In this document: positions 30,101 to 44,300 of the stretch, piece after piece
Layout: each line of letters opens with the position of its first letter
Numbering within the stretch: the stretch's first letter is position 1
Assembly: GCA_964016885.1 (NCBI GenBank)
Contig: OZ024743.1
Span: 12,400,001 to 12,464,000, forward strand
From: Eledone cirrhosa
Taxonomy: Eukaryota
Length of the DNA stretch: 64,000 nucleotides
Reading direction: 5' to 3'
The notes under the pieces: model-generated
The model's input: only the letters and a program-made list of their open reading frames with translations
What the model was told of the DNA's origin: nothing
The model's database searches: none
Program-made: the position numbers and the translations under genes

Positions 30101-33100
30101 CTCTCTCTCAATTCCTTTATGCTTTGTCGTTCACGTATATTACTGTTACACATCCATCGGAGCATGCAGGCTTCGTTTCTCTCTAATCTACGTAAGTCTT
30201 CCACCTTCAGCGCCCAGGTCTCACTACCATGCAACATCGCTGTTCGGATACACGCATCATACAGTCTGCCTTTCATTCTGAGGGAGAAGCCTTTTGCAGC
30301 TAGCAGTGGTAGTAGTTCCCTAAACTTCTTCCATCCCGTTCTTACCCTAGTTATTGTACTTTCTGAGCACCCACCTCCGTTGCTAATTCGGTCACCTAGG
30401 TAGCAGAAGCTGTCTACTGTTTCTACAGGGCCCTCCCAGAGATTGGTGGTACTTGTTTCCTGTGGCTGTTTGCTTGCTGTTTCAGCACAGCTGCTGCATG
30501 TGAATCCTACATTCTTAATTAAGCTTGTAAAATTAATCCCAGAACCTCATGACCAGGCTAAGTGGGTTTTTTTATTATGTTTTTTTGTATTATTTTTATT
30601 ATAGGTGGTGGATTGTCATAATCATTAGAGCATTAAAATTTAAACCGGCTGTATCCAGCCAGAATTCTCTCACCACTTTCTGTTCAAACTGGCCATAACA
30701 AGCTGCTCATATTGACATTAAGATATTGTTCTCAAAATAAATAATATCAAAATCACATAGATTCAATATTATTTAAGATATTATGTGAGATAAAGTGTTT
30801 ACTGTGAAAATGCAATAGTAAATATAGAGTAATGTTTGCAGTATTTGTTCTGACTCTCTTTACATTGTGAGTTCAAATCCTGCTGAGATCAACATTCCTT
30901 TTCATCCTTCCAGGACTGATAAAATAAAGTATTAATTAACTATTGAAGTAAATGTAACTGATTTTCACCTTTACCCAAATTACAGGCCCATGCCAATGTT
31001 ACAAAGAAATATTTCTACTCAATTTATATACAAACCTTGAAGACTGTGCATCTTCTTTTGGGATTCCCCAGCGTAGATCTACTTCATTAATGTGAATGAA
31101 GTATTTCCTGGCCCAATGTTTCAGTTTGGGGAAAACATAGCGTGTAAGAATATCTCTCTCACCATGCATATCATGGAATGTTGAAGAAATGAAAACTTGA
31201 ACTGTTTTCCATCTATGAAAAGATAAAGTAAAAGAAAAACAAAATACATAAATTTGTTTTTTACTGACAGACTTAGGTACTCCATCATGTCCATGGTTGT
31301 GATAGCCAAAAACAAACTAAAGAACTAAAAATAACATATAAAATAACATATAAAATAACATATAAAATAACATATAAAACAACAACAATAACAACAGCAA
31401 ATCAATAGATATATTTTTAGGTGGGAGCAGGAATTTAATGAAATTATATTCAATTGTTCCAATAACCCCTGAAAGGGGGAAAATTAAAAACATGAATAAA
31501 ACTTCTTATTATAAATATTTTGACATTGTTTCAACATGCTAAATTATTTAATGAACTCTACATAGCAAAAATAAAGACATATTTTGTATAAAAGTTATAA
31601 ACTAAATAAAGAAGAATAATTTTTTCATTGTAGCTTCAAACTGAAACACAAACAAAAAATATAAAAGTGCAGAAATAAAACAAGAAAGGAAGTAAAGAAG
31701 GATGGAAGGAAGAAAAACTTGCATAAAATGTTTTGTTACCATTTCAGTTCTGTGTTAGAAGAACTTGTCAACATTCTTGGACTGATTGTTGGTGTTGTTT
31801 CTTGTTGTTTAACCCAAGACTGAGCAGACATATGAGCAAAGACTTCCGAGGCATAAGAATTCCTTATTTTTCAAGCATATTTCATATAGGACTGTGATAT
31901 TCATTGGATGTTTCTTCATTTAGGATGGTAAAGTGAGATTTAGGGCAGAGTTGGCTGATATTTCTAACAGCTCAAGTGACCATATAAAAGCTCCTCTCCT
32001 TTGACCTCAGTCAACCATAAAAATATGCCATAAACCCCTGTTTGATAGGTTTCTGTGGCTGGATGCCATTCTTATCACGAACCGCCTTAGAGAGAACTGG
32101 GTGCATTTATCACGTAGATGACTATGTATTTGGACACTATCACAAGATGGGATGAATGTTTGTTAAATATGATATAAAACTAAATACTACAACTTACTTG
32201 TCATCAGGAATACTTTCACTTCCTTGCAGTGGTGACACCATCAATTTCTTTGAAAGCTTTAAAGGAACATTAGCCTTCAGATTGTATGCTTTATCAATAT
32301 TTTCCACATGTAACAACTGCCCAGAATCTCCACATGTATCTATGAAACTAGAATGACATAATTTAAAACACAAATAGATATCACACAACCCATACAGCAC
32401 ATAATCTATACAATCACCACCTGACATTGAAACATAATTCAATTCACATAATACATATGAAACACAAACACCTCCATACAAAATAACAACTCATATTTAA
32501 TATATTTTCACAAAAAGATAAAAACCTAAAATAACATCAGAAACAGCAAAAGAAACCTAATAATACAAAACTGATGTAGAATACAAACACAGTTCTACTC
32601 TTGGAAAATACATTGGTGCATAAACTTCAGAAACATAGAGGTACATCTGAAAATGCAGTAGAACTCCCATAAAAATGTTGAAAAGATGATGATGATGACA
32701 ATTTCTTTATTATGATTATAAGGGCAATTAATGAGAACCATTATAGGGACAGATTATTAAGCAGGTAAATGACAAAAAGAGATAATATACACTATAAAAT
32801 TTCTAATTTAAGCCTTTCATTACCATAATTCTTATGAAAATCACTTCCTGTGATTTTCAAATAATTTTGAAAATAATAAAACATTTAGAGGGATTTAGTA
32901 ATATATCTTTCTCATTATTCATATAGTGTTTAAAATATGACTTAATAAAGGTTTTTACATATAATTATGGTGAAAGGTTTTTAAATAAATATAAACATCA
33001 TGAAACATAGGATCAGGGGTGGTTTTAGGTGGTTAGGTTTCAAAAGTGTTAAGCACATGGTTACTAATGTTTTGAGGAGTGTGCAATTAATGAAAATACT

Positions 33101-36100
33101 TAACAAGCACATATTTCATTAACCCTGAAAGGAAGAATAGTATGGTCAACCTTGGTGAGATTTGAACTCATAACAGCAAGGTGATATAACTAAATCCCAC
33201 ATTCTACTATTCTACTGCTTTAATGATAATAATGGTTTCTAACATAGGCACAAGGGCAGCAATTTTGTGGGAGAGGAAAGTTGGTTGAATTGACCTCAGT
33301 ATTGGACTGGTATTTTATTTTATCAAACCTGGAGAGATGAAAGGCAAACTTAATCTCAGCAGGATTTGAACTCAGAATATAAAGAGGCAGAACAAATGCT
33401 CCTGAGCATCTACCTGACATTCTAATGGCTCTGCCAATCTGCTGCCCTTTAAGGCAAAGATGACCTTGATGGAATTTGAATTCAGAGCACAGTGAACTGA
33501 TGTGAATACCAAGGCATTTAATCTCACACGTTGACAACTTGCTGCCTCAATAAAAAGTCCTAATAGTTTCAAACATATGTATAAATCCAGAAATCTTTTG
33601 TGGTGGTGAGGGGAATACTATAGTTGATTAGATCAACTTCAGTACTTGACTGTTACATCATATTATTGATTCTGAGAGAATATAAAGCAATGTTGATCTT
33701 AGCAAGATTTTAAACCTAGAAATTTAAACTCTTTCACAAAATGTTCAAACTTCAATCCATGCCAAAGTTAAAAGCAGTCAGGGAGAAATGTGCAGCATTT
33801 CCAAAATTGGAAAAGCTGATTAAGAGATGGAAGGAATACAGAATGACTGGCATTGGCATCAGCACAACTGATGTGTGTCAAAGAAGATAGGAAGAATACT
33901 TGACAACATAGAATATAAACTGTCACCGATGATACTGACAAAAACAATATCTATTTATAGTATGAAATCACATAGGATTTTGTGTGAATTTTTGACAAGA
34001 TGAAAAAAAGAAATTGTTCCAGTGCTACCAATGTCAATTTTATTTTCTAATTACTTCATATCAACAATACAGGGGCAAAATCTTGCTGCATCTAGTCTCT
34101 GGTTAGAGCAATTGTGAGTAGTAAAACATCATACAACAAATCAGTATTTAAACCAGTAGCATAAAATTTACATCTTTAATGCTTACTTGTGAAATATAAT
34201 GAACATTTAATATACCATCATTATAGGGACTTGATCCTTACAGATCAGTTAGTATGGACAATAGATATAACTTACTTCCAGTAATATTATCCCAAACATG
34301 GCCATCCATTTCGGTAGATAAAAGAGTAATATTTAGTTCTTATATATATGGACAGCTAACTTTTGAGCTTAAAAATCAGGAAAAAGTTCTTATTATACTA
34401 GAACAAATAAAATAAAGTGCCAGTAATGTACTGGGTAATTGCTGGCCTTGTGCCAATAGTAGAAACAATTATACTAGAACAAATAGGGTATGTATATCCT
34501 TGTTAGCAAGGAAATTGGACATAATGATATATACTCTACACATATATATATATATATATATATATTTAATGAGAAAAACTGGTTACTCTGCCCCATCTGG
34601 TTTCGGTTCATGATAATCCAAAACCGACTAATGCCAGAGTGAAAACAGAATTGTATATATATATATATATATATCATCATCATCATCATTGTTTAATGCC
34701 CATTTTCCACACACACATACACATATACATATATATATATATATATATAATAAAAAGTGGTTCAGAAACATTCAGGAAGCTACTGTTTCAACTGAGAACA
34801 AGAGATTTCTCATGAAACATTGGTAGAAAATACAGAGGATATGTGGAGACTGGAGAGAAATGAAGCAATCATGCTACAATGGATGTGTAATGTTAACATG
34901 CATGGCCAGCAAAAGATGGATGAGGGAACAACTGGGTATAAGAGGAATCAAATGTTGTGTGCAAGAGAATAGACTGCACTGATATAGTCATATGATGTGT
35001 ACGGATGATGATTATTAGGTGAAAAAGTTTCAGGAGCTTCCAGTTTAAGGAAGTTGCAGTTGAGGAAGACCAAAGAAGACATGGGTAGAAGTGGTGAGAG
35101 TGGATCTCAAAAGACTGAACGTCACAGAGATGACAGTAGGTGCAGTAAAGCTGTACTGGAAAAGATCTGTCTGATCCATCCAAGCAAGTAAAAGCAGATG
35201 TAAAATGGTCATAATTATATATATGATACCAACAATAAAGTTTCAATATTATATACAGCATTTATTAACCCTTTAGCATTTAAACTGACCGTGTCCAGCC
35301 AGAATTCTCTCATTTTTTCTGTTCAAACTGGCAGTAACTGGCTGCTCATACTTATGTTAAGGTAATCTTCTCAAAATAAATAATATCAAAATCTCATAGA
35401 TTCAATATTATGTGAGATAATTATGTCTACCATAAAATACAATAATAAATATAGAATAATGTAAATGCTAAAGAAGAGTTAAATCGTATACTCTATGGTT
35501 CATGTTATTTGTCAAATACCTAAAGATACTTACGTTAAGATTTGATCACTGAATCCAGCTACTTCAATATCTTTGGCCAGGCCACTATTAGTCATTTCCT
35601 TCTCTATTAAAGTTGAGGACCTTTAAATGAAACAAATTTAATAACAGTGAAATTATAATAAGTCATTGTTATATTTTGGGAGGGTCATGTTGCCAATAAG
35701 AAACACACGCAGCAGTTATTTTCACTCCAATTTATTATAAATTAAATTTATAAATTTAAGAATTTATAAATTTCCGGTTGGTTAGTTGGTTCCACAACCA
35801 GACGATTGTTCATATATTGTCAAAGTTCTTTCGTCACACATTCTGTGACCTCTTCAGTTACTGGGGATTCTTTTCTTTGTTTTTGTGCCTCTCCTTTGTT
35901 CTGTCCTACGCCATCATGTTTTTGTGTGTGTTGTGTGCTTAGTTTGCGCATGTGTTACATCTGGGTGTCTGTATGTGTTTATATTTGTTTATTTACATGT
36001 TACTGGTTGGTTGTTTGTTCTATGTGTGTGTGTGTTTTCATTTTGTCCTTAATTGTAAGTTGTGATGTTGCTATTCCATTCATGTTTTCTATTTAATTTT

Positions 36101-37751
36101 GGTTGGAGTTCATTTATGTTTATTGCCTCTGTGATTTGTCTAAACATTGCGTCTTTTCTGTGTGTAGATTCTATTTTCATTTCTATGTTCTCTAATTTAC
36201 CCTTATGTTCTATTTTAGTATGTTGGTGGAGTACGGATGATTCTTTACTATCTTGAAACTCTCACCAGTGTTCATTTATCCGTTCTTCTATACTACGAGC
36301 TGCCTCACCTATGTACACTATATTCTTATCTCTACATTGTCCTTCAGTACTGAAGGACAATGGAGAGATAAGAATATAGTGTACATAGGTGATGTACACC
36401 CGGATGTAACACATGCGCAAACTAAGCACACAACACACACAAAAACAAGATGGCGTAGGACAGAACAAAAGAGAGGCACAAAAACAAAGAAAAGATCCCC
36501 AGTCACTGAAGAGGTAACAGAATGGGTGACGAAAGAACTTTGACAATATATGAACAATCGTCTGGTTGTGGAACCAACCAACCAACCAGAAATTTATAAA
36601 TTCTTAAATTTATAAATTTAATTTATAATAAATTGGAGTGAAAACAATTGGTGCGTGTGTTTCTTATTGGCAACATGACCCTCCCAAAATATAACAATAT
36701 CGGTTTCAACACACGTTTTCAGATAAAGAATCTTGCTAAACAAATTCAGAAACGAAATATAATAAGACAATAAATAGGAAATATTGTGGGCGCAGGGGCG
36801 GTTAAATACATCATTTTCAGACTTTTTCTTGCAGTTGGTGTTGCTGTTTTACCCCAGGTCAGTCTTAGCAGATCAGAGTCAAAATTAAATTCAATCACCA
36901 TTACATTTTGTTTACAGACATGGTGCATTTAGGGTTACCCAATGTTAGACAGAGCAAAACACCAGCTGGAACATCTCAATCAAAGTGGACTGCAGAAAGC
37001 AGGGAAAATACTAGATAGAAGAAAATGCTTATCTAGTATTACATTATTCAACATGTCCTTATCTGTTTTTCAAGAGGGCAATAGAAGATTTGAGAAAGAT
37101 TTAGCTGTTATTTCTAGCGGGTCAAATGGTACATATCTTTATCATTGGCTTGCAATGCATGTAGTTGTAAAGGATAATGAAGTGAGTGAGATAGCATGGT
37201 AAATAGGGAGACCCACTAGAAATAGTAGGTTAGTGACGGTAAATCATATTAGAAATAAATACAGATCAAGTATTATCCTACTAATTGTGTTACACTATGC
37301 CAGATATGTCCTACTACCGTCTATTATTTTTTTCACAGATAAAATTGTTTCTAAAACTATAACTTTTTTTCAAGATGGTATGATGTGATTTGACTGCTGT
37401 TTTTTCCAGGTCAAGCTAACATGTAGAGGCTCTCTAGTCGACTAAACGAACCAGTGAAAGAATAGAAGGTCGTGAATGTTGGTGCATCCCACTCTCCCCT
37501 CTCCATACCACCGATGTTGTCCAAGGGACAGGAAAAGACTGATACAGCTTGACACCAATGATGTCACAACTCATTTCTACAGCTGAGTGAACTGGAGTGA
37601 CGTGAAATAAAATGTCTTGCTTAAGAACACAAAGCAAAACCTAGTCCGAGAATTGAACTCACAACCTCACACTAACCACTAAGCCATGTGCCTTCCCTAT
37701 ATATATATATAATATATATATAATATATATACATATATACACACACACACC

Positions 37752-37821
<70 letters not shown>

Positions 37822-38562
37822 GATATATTCATCAATAAACTTAAACAAAATATACACACACATATATTCCCATATCTATACATCAAATATTTGCCCATAA
37901 TTTAATTAAGTTACCTCAATCATTTTTACTATCTTAATTAACAACCACTTTTGAAGACTTTTATTGTCAGTTCTTGTGTCATAAATATCCTCTGAACTTA
38001 AGAAAGTCTTTGAAATAAGAATTCTTTTAAGCTTTTAGCTAAATTCTATTTATCAAATTCTATTTGTTAATCAATTGCTGTCTTTTGATACTTACATCAA
38101 AGTGATACATTCTACTGCCTCTTATCTTAAACTGTTGAACCATCTCGGAAGTGTCTCTCCAATGATTTTCTTCAACAATGTAATATATTTATTAATAATT
38201 ATCTCTTCCCAGCAAGAGACAGCAGTAAGTCAAGTAGCATTTTAGCATATATTTATCAAATCATATATATGTCTATCCAGCTACCAACTTATTTGTACCT
38301 GCCTGCCTATCTATATATATATATATATATAGTGTTGGTGATTAACCAACGCATACTCAAATCAATAATATATATATATATAAGTTTATTCCGGATTCAA
38401 TTGGGGGTAACCACAATAAGTAAGGTACTCAATATATAGCAGAGTATAAATATTTAATATAAAAATGGCTTCTACAGGACTAGAACTGTTTCATTCAGGA
38501 GAAATCGTCAGGGCTTCTTGATGATTTCTCCTGAATAAAACAGTTCTAGTCCTGTAGAAGCC

Positions 38563-38599
<37 letters not shown>

Positions 38600-41268
38600 T
38601 ATCTATCTATCTATGGATAAAATGTTACTAGTCAATAGACAAATAAGAGCATTATTCAACTGAGTACTCAATGCTTTAAAGATGTAGAGTGGAGATATTA
38701 TTCATTATGCATAAGCCTGATGGTTAAGCTTGACCACAGGCTTACATGTAATGAATGATGTCTATCTGTGTATATATAAACAAAAAGTGTAAGTCAACAG
38801 GTTAAAATAAACTTCATTTATTCATATTCACTCTTATATATATTCGGTGATAACCATTATGCAACAGCTAACATCTCATCAGCCAGCTAGAATTTGAACA
38901 GAAAAAACATAATGATGGAATAAAGTTTACCTCTGTTATTTCGATTTTTTGATAAGCTCAGTGCTGAAGTATGGTGAGTTTTTTCTCAAAGCATTGGTGG
39001 CACACATATATATGTGTGTAACTTTTTATGTCTGTCTATTTACCTACCCAACTACTGATCTAAAATCCCCGGCATGTGTCTTTGTATTGTCCCCTTTTCT
39101 TGTGCGCCCTTATGGTAAATAAAGAAATATATCTAATGTATGTCTACCTATATATTATGTGTAAACACCCTCCCACCAACCTACATATCTACCAACCTTT
39201 ACATCTATCTATTTGCATATACCAATATATCTAACTACTTACCTTCCTGCCTACCTACATATCCATATGTCAATTTGTTTTTCTACCTATTAATTAACAT
39301 AATTATTTATTTACTTATAAAAATACAAATATATCTAATCACATGCCTATCAAATTATCAATCTTCCTTGACACCACCTCTCTCTATCTCTATATATATA
39401 TATTTATATATATGTGTGTATATATATATATATATATAAAATAATTATTATTTCCAACTTCATCAACATAAATACTGTTGTTTAAAATTATACATACATA
39501 GATACTTGCATGTATATGTATGTGTGTGTGTGTGTATATATATATGGGATGCACCTGAGCCTGTGTTTGTGCGTGTATGCTTGCAACGATGTGCGTTGAC
39601 ATACACACATATGTACTTTATGCCGAAATAAGAACTGTAGTCCTTTGCAATTCTGGATTTTGACACTCAGGTTCTGGTATTTTACACTCCACTCTTGTCT
39701 CATTTGCTCTTAAAACGCACCACCCGATGATAGTGTAAGAATTGTAATTCTTTACACTTCCCGATTCTGACACACAGGTTTTCTATTTCAGTTAATATTT
39801 TCCAAATCTTTCAAATTTTGATATTGGTTGTAACAGACACGCATTTTATTTTTTTTATTTGTTTGGTACCCTCCCCACCATGTGAAATGGTAGCAGGATA
39901 GATGCCAACCCACACACAAATTCTTCTGAACATAGCAGCAGCAAACCAAAGCTGACCTGCCAGCTGACCCCTTAACACCACTACCAACACAATGGATGAG
40001 GTCAGCTGTACTTAAACAAAAACAACTACAACAGATTGTCTTGCCTCAGAAAACTTTCTATAGACTTTTGACTGAGGAATGTTCTCACAACTGACCAATG
40101 GGATGAGACAATGTCCTATGACATCGAAATTCGTTTGTTCGAATTCATGATTCCAGTTCCTCAGAGAAATAACAACACAAGCAGGAGCTGGACATATCGG
40201 AGTATTGACGGAGTAAAACACACTTCAACAACATGTGTACCTGTCTCTCCCACACCAATTAGGACTGCCTGAAGAGGTCACAGCCAATGATGGCTGTCAC
40301 TGAAATATATATAGCAGTATATCTATAATTTATAATAAACGAAGCCAAATTTTACATATTTGACTTAATTATTTTACATTACTCCGGAGTAAACAAACCA
40401 ACCTGCGTACTTCGTCGAGTGCTCCAATCTGCATACTGAGGTGTCGGTAAATAACCAACATATACTCAATATATATATATTAGAAAAGGGAAGTGAGGTT
40501 CTATACAAAAGAGTGGATATAGAGAAAAGATGAAGTTGAAAATAGCACGGGAGATATATTTAAGGGTCTGTTTTTCTTTTTTGATTCATCAAAGTGACAT
40601 TATTAAAAAGATAATGTTATTAAAAAAAGAGAGGGATAATTCTTTTTTAAAAAAATTTTTATGAAGTATATAAAGTATATGAGAACATTACCGGTTTCGA
40701 TCTTGTCAAATTCAGTGAAAAAAGTTAATTAAAAAGAGTTGGTAGGAGTAAAGAAAGGTTTAAAATTAAAATCAAAATCGAATGTTTGAGTAAAATTTCA
40801 TCCATCATGCTTCCTGAAAAGTTGGCTGGGAATGAGAACAAGTTGTTTTGTTGATGTAAAAAGTACAGTCACAGCATATTTTTCACATTTTTACCTATTT
40901 TATTGATCTCTATTTTTTTAACCACTAGGTTACAGTTCATAAAGAGACACATATTGATGTTTGTGAGACTTTATGTAACATCAAAAAATGTATATATAAC
41001 AACTAAGTCCAATATAGAAGAAATTCCATTTCTGTTTTTGTCTCTATTCAGTAATTTTTATCATTCTCTAGAATAGCATCTCCCTCTATATAAAAAGGAT
41101 CTTTGTTTATGGAAGACTTGCATCACTACAATGATCATCTGTCATTATACAAGTCTTTCTTCAATAGAAGAAACCTTCATCTCTAAAGAAGCCATTATTT
41201 CACTTTCATAGCAGTTTTATCTCTCCATAAGAATCTTCTCTCCTATGGAAATATTCCTTTGCTATAAT

Positions 41269-41313
<45 letters not shown>

Positions 41314-44300
41314 GTCTCTCCCTCTCTCTATCTTTGATGAGATTTCCTTCTTTATAGGATTCTTTTAACTATAAGAGTCGTATTTCTCTATAGTAGAGCT
41401 CCATCTTCTGTATCTGTCTCTGTATTTCCATCACCTTACCTAACTTATTCAGTTATTCTACAGTCTTTATGAATTACAGCAGCATTCCATAATAAAAGGC
41501 AAATAAATTTCCAATTTTAAACTTGCTCAATTTATTCATAAACATATTAGTTAATTTATATTTCTAGTCAACTGTTAAGACTTCTATTTAAGTAAAGAAA
41601 AATTTAGCTAAAAGTTAGGTCACTTTGGTGTGATGATTATTGCAGCCATCTGACCTATTTCAGCTCTGCAATTTGATTCCTACAGGCATCTTTGTTCACC
41701 TTTTATCCACCTCCATGGGTAAATTATCAACTTATTTGACTATTTTAAAGTCATTATGAATTGTGGAAGCTTTTCATTATAAAAGCAAATAAATTTGAAT
41801 TCACAGAAAAATAGCATATATGGAAGATACCCACCCAACCTTAAGAGAGTTAGAAGGTGAAAAATAATGGGTCAATCCTCCATTCAATCTAGAGGTATCG
41901 GCAAATGTATCAAAAAACTTCCTGTCCCTAATCAGAAAACACTTCCCATATAGCCATAATTACCACAAGATCTTTAACTTACACAATGTTAATGTTAGTT
42001 ACTCCTGTTTAGATATTACATATAACAGAAAAAAGCATACATTCACAGAAGCCCTACCTAACAAACACACCAACCTACAATAGCCCAAACCATACCTCTA
42101 GCACCCTATTAGCCAACCTCAAACCACTAGCCCCAAATATCCTGCAATGAACTCCTTAGTTCCATCCAGCTCATATGCATCTGTGAAGCAAACAGTGTGA
42201 ACCAGCACACACAATGAAAATCCCAACATCAGGCCACTAAAAGGTCACAACATACATCAATTGAACATTCAGTTTGCTAGTGACATCAGATATACAGAAG
42301 AGCTACCATACACAATAAAGCTACCAGGGCACCCATAAGAACACATACTGGGTATCAGTAGATTACATCAAAATTAATGCTGCCATCAAGACACAAGCTT
42401 CTCTGTACTTGCTCAGTCATCTGTTATCACTGACTTATGAAGACTACCACATGATCTGAACCAACTAATAGAGGCCTGTAACAAAAAGATCAAAAACTAC
42501 ATTCTCCATTTTTTTACTTTTCTAATGACAGACATGTTTCCGTTTTGAAACTACTGATAATGTGGATTTCACCCTTTAGCATTTAAACCAGCCATATTCA
42601 GCCAGAATTCTCTCACCTCTTTCTATTCAAACTGACTGTAAGCAGTCACTCATACTGATATTAAGGTATTGTTCTCAAAATAAATAATATCAAAATCTCA
42701 TGGATATGATATTATGTGAGATAATTATGTGAGGTAAAGCCTTTACTCTATATTTACTGTTATATTTTCAAGGTAATGTAAATGCTAAAGGGTTAAGTCA
42801 AATTGTATATATAAATACTATATATATATAGAGTATCCCAAAAAATTATATACACACTTCAACAGCATTCTAATAAATATTGCCTGTACAGGTAATCAAA
42901 GTATACATTTTTTGGGACACCCTATACGAGGTGTGTCAGAAAAGTTCCAGGACTGATGTCACAAAAGATTTATTTCAAACCCAAACCTCACACTAAGAGT
43001 TTTCTCCTTCAAAGTAATCCCCCTGGAGTATGTAACTGTAATCTTAGCTCTCTGCAGCAATCAAACTTTTTTCTTCATAATTTTATATATATGTCCTCTG
43101 TTTCAGATCATCAAACAATGATAACAGAGCAATGAACAAACTTGAAAACTCCATCAGAAGCACTGGGATTGCTGCAGCAAGTGTATGGAGATGAGATGAT
43201 GTCACGCTCATGTGTTTTTGAGTGGTGCAAGAGGTTTAAAGAAGGACACGAGGACGTGGAAGATGACCCCAGGAGCAGAAGGCCCTCAACAACCAAGACT
43301 GAGGTCAACGTTGAGCGCGTCAGGCAGATGGTGTGTAGCAATCGTCGGCTGACTGTTCGACTGATGGCAAATGAGCTGGGCATAAATTGGGACATGAGGG
43401 GACCCGTTTTGAAGACGTGGACGACATCAAAAAGGCTGTGACGACGGAACTGCAGAGGATCCCAGAAGAATCCTTCCAGGAGTGCATGCAAGTGTGGCAG
43501 AAAAGGATGGAAAAGTGCATTAGACTCCAGGGGGATTACTTTGAAGGAGAAAACTCTTAGTGTGAAGTTTGGGTTTGAAATAAATCTTTTGTGACATCAG
43601 TCCTGGAACTTTTCTGACACACCTCGTATATATCATCATCATTGTCGTCACCATTTAACATCTATTTTTCCATGTTTGCATGGGTTAGATGGGTTGTCAT
43701 GTTATGAGACAATTCAGATCAGGAAACTATGTCTGGCTCATATGGATCTGTATTTTGGCTTGGTTTCTATGGCTGGATGCCATTCCTAATGCCAACCACA
43801 TTATAGTGTGGAATGGGTGCTTTTTTGTCATGTCACCAGCCAGCACGACCACATACAATATGGATTGGGTGCTTTTCCATGGCACCAGACCAATCATCTT
43901 AGAGGCATGATAGACATATATATGTGTGCGTGTGTGTGTGCGTGTTTACATATATGTATATATATGTCACTCTTGAGTGCTACTGGTAACATGTAAACCA
44001 GTAAAACCTATCGCATGGTCGGGTCGTCGGCGACTAAACTGGCAACCCCACTAAGTTTACTTGATGAGGAGGGTGATTTTGGACACCCTGCAGGACAAAA
44101 AACAAAACCTGACAAAGGGCGGAAGAACTCATAAGAGTCAACGGCCTTCCAAAAATGTGTAAATATGTATATACACATGTACAGATGTATGTGTATGTAT
44201 ATGCGTGTGTATATGCCTGGGGTGTCACAGAGGGGCATGTACCTCTGTAGGGGGGGGGGGGCTAGCCATGCCCTTTTCAGGACAGCTCGTCCTGCATTGG

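Noticed and set aside
39722-39760. CCGATGA followed by a hairpin as another hammerhead
   Set aside because: No GAAA after the stem, and the core U4 is altered.
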